This document shows, in pieces, positions 26,461 through 32,000 of a DNA stretch of 32,000 nucleotides (its first letter is position 1; every line of letters begins with the position of its first letter). The notes beneath the pieces are model-generated. The model had not been told where the DNA came from, ran no database searches, and saw nothing but the letters and a program-made list of their open reading frames with translations. A program made the position numbers and the translations under genes. Source of the stretch: Thermoproteus tenax Kra 1 (GTDB lineage: Archaea; Thermoproteota; Thermoprotei; Thermoproteales; Thermoproteaceae); assembly GCF_000253055.1 (NCBI RefSeq), contig NC_016070.1, positions 960,001 to 992,000 of the forward strand. Direction: 5' to 3'.

Positions 26461-26751
26461 ATGCTCGCAGTGTGTCTCACCAAAGAGCTCCTCGTGAAGT
26501 TCTACTCCTCCATGGACTTCAGTCTGAGGGCTCTGATCCACTACAAGTCCCTCGCCGCCTTCGGGTACCCCTTCGACAAAATACTCCTGGAGGAGCCGTG
26601 GCGGACCTACGGAGCTCTGAGGGAGCTCCTGGGAGATCACAACGCACAGCTCATCCTCTCAATGATGTCGAAATGGTTGAACAAAAACGGGTGTAGCCTC
26701 GATATAGAAAAATTAAAGAAGTATCTAAGTGATAGAGGGCTATGGACTTGA
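26461..26751 (+). CDS. Hypothetical 96-aa protein, coupled to the KaiC-like ATPase
   Basis: ORF preceded by an AT-rich promoter-like spacer (ttaaaaatattaaaa 26436-26450). 10-nt overlap with the downstream gene. Predicted helical, with no motif I recognise. Confidence 0.5.
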   Translation: MLAVCLTKELLVKFYSSMDFSLRALIHYKSLAAFGYPFDKILLEEPWRTYGALRELLGDHNAQLILSMMSKWLNKNGCSLDIEKLKKYLSDRGLWT

Positions 26752-27869
26752 TGGAGTTAGCAAAACTATCGGGCGTTACTCTGGTCTACGGGCCAGCCGG
26801 CGCGGGCAAGACCACCTTCGCAGCTTGGTATGTGTACGCCCGCTCCGCGCGTGCCCTGTGGATCTCATTGTTTGAGGACGAGGCCACGTTCCGGCGAAAT
26901 ATGGCAAATCTCGGCTACAACTTCGGCGATAGGTTGATCTTCTGGGAGGCGCCGGCGGTGGAGGATCTGGCCGCCGTCTTTGAGCTGATCGCAGACGCTG
27001 TGGCAAAGAATAAGCCCGATATAGTGGTTCTGGACTCTGTGACTGAGCTTATATCGGGCGGCGACGTCCACGCTGGCCTTAGGGCGGTTCACAATCTTAT
27101 CTATAGGCTTATGAAGAGCATTGGAGCCGATGTGGTGATGACGGCGGAGAGACAAGTCGCAGAGAGGCTTATGTACATCGCCGATAATGTGATCGAGCTT
27201 CGATACGATATCTTCCCCTACGGCACTGTGAGGGAGATGGTCGTGAGGAAGATAAGAGGGTCTAAAGCCGGCTACGCGTTGCCCTACGCCATAGCTGAGG
27301 GGCTCGGCCTCGTCATCATGAAGCCGCCCTCTCTAAGGCGGGCTGGCGAGGTTCTGAAAACCGGCGTTGTCTGTTTCGATGAAACGTTCGGAGGTCTGGC
27401 GCCTGGAGCTGTGTATGCGCTGATAGGTCCGGTGGGAGCCGGCAAGTCTACGTTGATGTTGAAAGTTGCTGAGGGTCTGAGGAGAGCGGGTAAAAGGGCC
27501 GTCTACCTCAGCTTTTTGGGCGATGCCGATATGTTGAAGAACAGATACGATGTAGAGGCCTACAATGCTCCGTTGGACGTGGAGGAGTTCCTGCTCCAGT
27601 TCTTCTCGCTTGCCGTCAGAGAGCGGGCCGATGCAGTCTTGATAGACGCGATAGACTTAATGGCGCAGTTCTTTGGAAAAGAGGTGTTTTTCACCGTGTT
27701 GCTTCAAATTATAAGAATAGCCAAGGCCTCGGGCGTACCCGTCGTGATCTCCCTCGCTCAAGACTGGAATATAACAAACTTCCTAGATGCAGTAGCATAT
27801 ATCTCCAGCGGCACTATAAAGGCCGTGAAGTCTCCGCTCGGGAGATCGGCTTCTGAGACCAAATGTTAG
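26742..27869 (+). CDS. KaiC/RecA-superfamily ATPase with two P-loop domains (375 aa)
   Basis: Walker A 1 GPAGAGKTT (26790-26816) with Walker B DIVVLDSVT. Walker A 2 GPVGAGKST (27426-27452) with AVLIDAIDL. The short-domain, KaiC/ArlH-like architecture and the position next to a T4P locus support the call. Confidence 0.8.
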   Translation: MDLMELAKLSGVTLVYGPAGAGKTTFAAWYVYARSARALWISLFEDEATFRRNMANLGYNFGDRLIFWEAPAVEDLAAVFELIADAVAKNKPDIVVLDSVTELISGGDVHAGLRAVHNLIYRLMKSIGADVVMTAERQVAERLMYIADNVIELRYDIFPYGTVREMVVRKIRGSKAGYALPYAIAEGLGLVIMKPPSLRRAGEVLKTGVVCFDETFGGLAPGAVYALIGPVGAGKSTLMLKVAEGLRRAGKRAVYLSFLGDADMLKNRYDVEAYNAPLDVEEFLLQFFSLAVRERADAVLIDAIDLMAQFFGKEVFFTVLLQIIRIAKASGVPVVISLAQDWNITNFLDAVAYISSGTIKAVKSPLGRSASETKC

Positions 27870-27935
27870 TCCGCATTCACAGAGATGGACAGCGGGACTA
27901 GGACGGCTTGCGAAAAATAGAGGCGGCTCAGAGAT

Positions 27936-28196
27936 CCGTCTGTCCCTAGGCGCCCACCGCTGATCGCAGCCGGCCACTTGCGCCCAGGGGCCTCCTCCTC
28001 GCCTGCGCCTTCGCCGACGGCCCGGCTGTCTCCGGCGCGGGGCCATCGGGCATGGGGGCAACGGCCCCCCTCCAGGTGCAGCCCCGGTCGGGCGCCTCAT
28101 GGTACTGCCCTTGCCGCCATAGATACACGCGTTTAAGCCCTCCGCCTGCCGCCAAAAGACGCAGAATTTTTCTAGCGATCGGTATGAAACAGCCCC
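27936..28196 (-). repeat. Copy C (longest, apparently full-length) of the ~260-nt GC-rich element
   Basis: Its reverse complement contains everything found in copies A and B: 28025-28173 equals 18381-18529, and 27936-28063 is ~94% identical to 721-848. The track ORFs across it are P/R/G/A-rich in both strands. Confidence 0.9.
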
Positions 28197-28257
28197 GCCT
28201 TAAAGGACAAGGCTCTCGGTTGTAATAAAAGATAATAACTACGCCCCATGTAACAAT

Positions 28258-28668
28258 ATGCCCAAGAGGGCGATCCCCCTAAGGGTCTCCGACGTTATGG
28301 TCAGAGAGGTTGTGACCGCCGGCAAGAATACCCCCTTGAGGGAGGTGGCCAACACCATGTACGAGAAGAGGATCGGCAGCGTCGTGATAACCGACGAGTC
28401 GGGCAGAGTGGCCGGGATAGTGACCGAGCGCGACGTAGTCTACGCGTGCGCCCGCGGCATGTCGCCCGACTCGCCCATATGGATGATCATGACCGAGAGC
28501 CCCATAACGATCGAGCCCGAGGCGCCCCTGCTTGAGGCCGTGGAGAAGATGAGGAATCTAAACGCCAGACACCTCCCAGTGGTGGACAAAGAGGGGAGGC
28601 CCATCGGTATATTGAGCATGCGCGACGTGTTGGACCTCGCCTCCCTATTGATAAAAATAAGGGAATAA
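28258..28668 (+). CDS. CBS-domain pair protein (136 aa)
   Basis: Two CBS units (GIVTERDVVYA, GILSMRDVLDL). TATA-like taataaaagataataa lies ~28 nt upstream. Confidence 0.85.
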   Translation: MPKRAIPLRVSDVMVREVVTAGKNTPLREVANTMYEKRIGSVVITDESGRVAGIVTERDVVYACARGMSPDSPIWMIMTESPITIEPEAPLLEAVEKMRNLNARHLPVVDKEGRPIGILSMRDVLDLASLLIKIRE

Positions 28669-28678
28669 AAAGGGGTTT

Positions 28679-30046
28679 TTACGAACTGAAGAGCGGCTGT
28701 CCCTGCGGGAAGACCGTTATCTGGCCGGTTCTGCCCTCATAGAACCCAGCGTTTATCCACGTTGGCGTCCCGTTTACTATCGCCACGCCCATTATCAGAT
28801 AGTTGGCATATATTCTGTCGTGGTATTGGTCTAGATACACTGGGCCCGTGACGCCGACGTAGGTGCCGTTCTGGCCCCACTGCTCCAACACTGAGTTTAT
28901 GACGGTGGGGTCTGTGGAGCCGGTCTGAGCTATGGCGGTCATTATGAACATAGCAGCATCATACGCGTACGGATCGTAGGCTACAGGCGGGTGTCCACAG
29001 AACTGAGTGTATTCTTTGACGAACTGTTGATAGCGCGGATCGCTGGGATTGGGCGCTGCTATAGTGGCCAAGAACTTGGCGGCCGCCAACGCCTTGCCGG
29101 CGCCTTGCAACAACGTGGTGGAGCCGGCTATGCCGTCAGTCCCTATCCATCTGACCTTCGAGAGAACTGGGTCGCTAGCGGCGGCCTGGGCTACAGCCAC
29201 GCCGTCTTGCTCAAACGTCACCATCACAAACGCGGCGTCGGGGCCGGGGGTGCCCAACGCTTGGGAGGCCTTCTGGACGGCGGCCTGCTCGGCGGCCGGC
29301 ATAGCCGAGGGAGATGGGTCGTAGCCGAATGAGCCTAGCACCTGTATCCCGTATTTAGCCGAGGCGTTGGCTATCGCGGCCGAGAGCCCTTGTCCCCAAG
29401 TGTCGGATCTATAGACTATTACAATACGTTTGACCCCCAGATAGTGTAGGAGAGCCGCTATGGCGTTGCCCTGGTAGAAGTCTGTGGGCACCAGCCTGAA
29501 GACATAGGGCTTGGGCACGGCGAGGGCCGGGGACGTTGAGGACTGGCTGACGATGATTATGTGGTTCTGCTCCGCGAAGCCCATCACCGCCGACACCTCG
29601 GCGCTGGCCATGGGCCCTACCACGAACCTAATGCCCTGCGCGTATAGAGTCTGGAGCTTCTGTAGGGCGGTGTTGGGGTCTGTGGCCGTATCCTGAACCA
29701 CCAGCTGGAATTGTATGCCCTTGCTCGCGAACATCTGGTTTGCGTCGTGGACTGCAAGCTGTACAGCGCACTGAGAGCCGAGGCCATAGCTCTGCAGCGC
29801 CCCCGTCAGCGGCAGCAACGCGCCGATGGTGACCGTCTGGACGGCTTGAGTTGTCGTCGACGTAGTGGCGGTCGCCGTTGACTGCGGAGACGTAGTAGTC
29901 GTGGTCGCCGTCGACTGCGTCGTAGTTGTGGTGGCGGACACATAGGCGGACGAGGCCGGCCTCTGGGAGGCAAGATATGCGGCGACAGCCGCTATTATTA
30001 TCACCAATACAACGACCCCGATTATTATGCCTGTCTTCGAGGCCAT
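28679..30046 (-). CDS. Branched-chain amino acid-type (LivK/type I PBP) ABC substrate-binding protein, membrane anchored with Thr-rich linker
   Basis: N-terminal anchor GIIIGVVVLVIIIAAVAAYLA, Thr/Ser/Gln linker, then TIGALLPLTGALQSYG..., typical of Leu/Ile/Val-binding proteins. Divergent from the livH/livM-like genes. Confidence 0.85.
   Translation of the reverse strand: MASKTGIIIGVVVLVIIIAAVAAYLASQRPASSAYVSATTTTTQSTATTTTTSPQSTATATTSTTTQAVQTVTIGALLPLTGALQSYGLGSQCAVQLAVHDANQMFASKGIQFQLVVQDTATDPNTALQKLQTLYAQGIRFVVGPMASAEVSAVMGFAEQNHIIIVSQSSTSPALAVPKPYVFRLVPTDFYQGNAIAALLHYLGVKRIVIVYRSDTWGQGLSAAIANASAKYGIQVLGSFGYDPSPSAMPAAEQAAVQKASQALGTPGPDAAFVMVTFEQDGVAVAQAAASDPVLSKVRWIGTDGIAGSTTLLQGAGKALAAAKFLATIAAPNPSDPRYQQFVKEYTQFCGHPPVAYDPYAYDAAMFIMTAIAQTGSTDPTVINSVLEQWGQNGTYVGVTGPVYLDQYHDRIYANYLIMGVAIVNGTPTWINAGFYEGRTGQITVFPQGQPLFSS
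29858..29937 (-). repeat. Imperfect ~30-nt tandem repeat (about 2.6 units) encoding the Thr-rich linker
   Basis: cgtagtggcggtcgccgttgactgcggaga (29861-29890), cgtagtagtcgtggtcgccgtcgactgcgt (29891-29920), then cgtagttgtggtggcgg. The protein reads TTTTTQSTATTTTTSPQSTATATTSTTTQ. Confidence 0.5.
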
Positions 30047-30084
30047 AAGGCACTATTAAAATGGAACTATTAAAATATTGAAAT

Positions 30085-30098
30085 ATATAGATCTATAT
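30085..30098. promoter_or_regulatory. Perfect 14-nt palindrome ATATAGATCTATAT in the divergent liv promoter region
   Basis: Self-complementary by direct reading. Lies 12-25 nt upstream of the livH-like start. Preceded by two copies of actattaaaat (30052-30062, 30066-30076). Confidence 0.4.
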
Positions 30099-30115
30099 GA
30101 CTAATAGAGGTGGCA

Positions 30116-31090
30116 ATGCTTTTAAATATCATGTTAATCCGCGCCATGTTCAACAGCTTCTTAGACGATGTGTTGATCCCGGCGATAATATTTTCCAATA
30201 TCTACGCACTGGCCTCAATAGGTCTGACGATGACATACATCACGACTAAAATACCTTCGTTCGCGCATGGGGATCTGGCGGCAGTGGGGGCCTATGCAGC
30301 CTTCTATCTCTCATATTTTCTCTACGGCTCCATAATACCGGGCTCCGTCTATGTGGCAATGCCGGCGGCTGCTCTGGCCGGAGCCGCAGTTGCATATCTC
30401 TCCTATATCGGAGTGTTCAGGCCGATGATCAGGCGCAATGCGAGTATAACAACGCTAATGATAGCCTCCTTCGGTCTCCACTTCGTGATATTCGGAATCC
30501 TAGCCATAATTGATAGCGCGGTCCAAACGGCCTACGGGTGGACCACGAGGAACTTTCTCCTGAGCACAGGCCAGATCCATCTGCCCGGCCTCACTCTCAA
30601 CGACGTGATAGCTCTCACGAGCACCATCTTTCTAGCGGCTATATTGGCGGCGCTCTACTGGCTGTTGAACAAGACCAAATTCGGAGTGATCATGAGGGCC
30701 AGCATAGACAACGCCCCCCTCGCCAAGGCGATGGGCATAGAGGTTGAGCGCGTCTACGCCATATCGTGGCTGATAATAGGGGCTATAACGGGCATTGCTG
30801 GGGTCTTCATGGGGATGATATTTCCGGTCACTGAGGAGCTGGGCTGGCTCAGACTGCCGATCATATTCATTGCGGTCGTGGTGGGCGGTCTCTCGAACAT
30901 ATACGGGAGCGTGATCGGGTCCTACATAGTTGGGTTCAGCATGGTGCTCGGCTTCAACTACATTTTGTCTCCTCTGAACCTTCCGCCCGAGTACGAGCTC
31001 GCCATACCCTTCGCTATAGTGATCGCGGTGTTGCTCCTAGCGCCCCAAGGGATAGCTGGGCTGATAGCCGGCGCCAGGCGTAGGACATGA
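30116..31090 (+). CDS. livH: Branched-chain amino acid ABC permease (LivH-like)
   Basis: NIYALASIGLTMTYITTKIPSFAHGDLAAVGAY matches the LivH N-terminal signature. Start is ATG 30116 (or GTG 30110). The stop overlaps the next start (ATGA 31087-31090). Confidence 0.85.
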   Translation: MLLNIMLIRAMFNSFLDDVLIPAIIFSNIYALASIGLTMTYITTKIPSFAHGDLAAVGAYAAFYLSYFLYGSIIPGSVYVAMPAAALAGAAVAYLSYIGVFRPMIRRNASITTLMIASFGLHFVIFGILAIIDSAVQTAYGWTTRNFLLSTGQIHLPGLTLNDVIALTSTIFLAAILAALYWLLNKTKFGVIMRASIDNAPLAKAMGIEVERVYAISWLIIGAITGIAGVFMGMIFPVTEELGWLRLPIIFIAVVVGGLSNIYGSVIGSYIVGFSMVLGFNYILSPLNLPPEYELAIPFAIVIAVLLLAPQGIAGLIAGARRRT

Positions 31091-32000
31091 ACAGACACGT
31101 CGTAGTTCTGGCCGCCCTTGTCGCCCTCGCCGTAGCTCTGTCCGTCTTGCTCGCCCTCTTCCCTGAGCTCAAGGGCATACGCATCTTGCTAGAGAACCTC
31201 CTGATATATATTACTATATATGGAATATATGTGCTCAGCCTCAACCTTGAGGTCGGCTACCTCGGAATACCCCAGTTCGGCAAAGTGATGTTTCTGACGA
31301 TAGGGGCCATAGCGGTAGGCGGCATTGCGACTAAGCTCATGCTCTTGATCTATCAGAGCGTGGTCGCTTCGTCAATAGGCGTATCCCCGCTGAGCAATAT
31401 CCACAACTACTGCACTCTCTATCAGTACTCTGTGATCAGTATAGTGAACCAACAGCTCGCCCTAAACCCCGTCCTTGGGCTCGGCTATCTGCTCTTCGGG
31501 ATTATTCTGGCTATGATACTCTCGGCCGTCCTCGGTCTGTTGTTTGCATATCCGGCGATAAGGCTGAAGGAGGACTACTTGGGCATATTGCTCCTGGTCA
31601 GCGCCGAGTTCATCCGGATCGTCACCTACTACGCTACGCCGGTTGCGTGCGGCGTCAATGGAGCAGTTATTCCAGACCCCTTCGCCTGGGCCGTTGGCGA
31701 GGAGAGGACCCTAGTCTTCCTGGCGGCCTCGGCCCTCTTCTTGGTCGTTGCCTTCTTGGTGTTCCAGAGGTTGGGGAACTCGCCCTTCGGGAGGGCACTT
31801 AGGGCTATACGCGACGCCGAGACTGCAGCGTCGGTGTTCGGCAAAGACATCGTTAAGTTTAGAATCAGAGTGCTCGCCGTATCCTCGGCCTTCGGAGGCC
31901 TGGCCGGAGCTCTACTGGCCTACTATTTCGATTACACTATTCTGGGCACCTTCTTGCCCATTTATACATTCATCGGTTGGACTATGCTCATACTGGGAGG
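31087..32000 (+). CDS. livM: Branched-chain amino acid ABC permease (LivM-like), 3' end outside the window
   Basis: My own translation of frame 1 from ATG 31087 gives MNRHVVVLAALVALAVALSVLL...YVLSLNLEVGYLGIPQFGKVMF...AYPAIRLKEDYLGILLLVSAEFIRIV..., open to base 32000. It is absent from the track only because no stop codon is reached. Confidence 0.8.
   Translation, partial: MNRHVVVLAALVALAVALSVLLALFPELKGIRILLENLLIYITIYGIYVLSLNLEVGYLGIPQFGKVMFLTIGAIAVGGIATKLMLLIYQSVVASSIGVSPLSNIHNYCTLYQYSVISIVNQQLALNPVLGLGYLLFGIILAMILSAVLGLLFAYPAIRLKEDYLGILLLVSAEFIRIVTYYATPVACGVNGAVIPDPFAWAVGEERTLVFLAASALFLVVAFLVFQRLGNSPFGRALRAIRDAETAASVFGKDIVKFRIRVLAVSSAFGGLAGALLAYYFDYTILGTFLPIYTFIGWTMLILG

Noticed and set aside
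27936-28196. The repeat as a known structural RNA (SRP RNA, RNase P RNA, tRNA or tRNA fragment, C/D or H/ACA guide).
   Set aside because: I could not find the conserved cores (SRP helix-8 GNAR/AGCA motifs, RNase P CR-I/CR-V, T-loop GTTCRAATC, C/D boxes RUGAUGA...CUGA, ACA tail). Essential single-copy RNAs would not occur as three partly deleted copies. This needs an Rfam scan to be certain.
9245-30046. The pilus-like module as a bindosome assembly (Bas-like) system for the two flanking ABC binding proteins.
   Set aside because: The binding-protein N-termini (MSPKTISIIVVIII..., MASKTGIIIGVVVL...) do not fit the [K/R]-[G/A] cleavage context of class III signals well. A PA14-type giant pilin and a KaiC-like ATPase are not Bas features. 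Adjacency to transporters may be coincidental.
1-32000. CRISPR arrays, rRNA or tRNA genes, transposases, integrases, toxin-antitoxin pairs or recognisable defence genes.
   Set aside because: No regularly spaced direct repeats, no cloverleaf-sized GC islands in the AT-rich spacers, and no ORF with DDE, tyrosine- or serine-recombinase, nuclease or defence-type motifs seen on either strand.

Overview
This 32-kb window is about 88% coding and looks like chromosome from a hyperthermophilic crenarchaeon of the Thermoproteales type (Pyrobaculum/Thermoproteus-like). The lineage call is inferred from three things. Coding DNA is GC-rich while intergenic spacers are very AT-rich. First genes of transcription units carry a TATA-like box 18-28 nt upstream of the ATG, the leaderless pattern. 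Internal genes overlap (ATGA) or carry GGAGG-like sites.

All gene functions were assigned by eye from motifs in the supplied translations. No database search was possible.

Layout, in order:
1. Two tandem CBS-pair genes (1-719).
2. An acyl-CoA metabolism cluster (933-9157): thiolase, DUF35 partner, two acyl-CoA dehydrogenases, a convergent ATP-cone protein, AMP-forming acetyl-CoA synthetase, hotdog thioesterase and a family III CoA-transferase.
3. A BMP-family ABC importer (9245-13754).
4. Two divergent MFS transporters (13767-16490).
5. gdhA and panD (16673-18333).
6. A 9.2-kb type IV pilus (T4P)-like module (18649-27869).
7. A third CBS gene (28258-28668).
8. The start of a Liv-type branched-chain amino acid ABC importer (28679-32000).

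I saw no rRNA, tRNA, CRISPR array, transposase or integrase.

The most interesting content is the T4P-like module. It has three class-III-signal (prepilin-type) proteins, one of them a 647-aa protein with a PA14-like C-terminal domain. It also has a Sec-secreted, C-terminally anchored 621-aa repeat protein, a platform protein split into two genes flanking the secretion ATPase, and a separate unit encoding a 96-aa protein plus a two-domain KaiC-like ATPase.

The module is bracketed by inverted copies of an unclassified ~260-nt GC-rich element. A 149-nt stretch is perfectly identical between those two copies. A third, internally deleted copy lies at 698-848.
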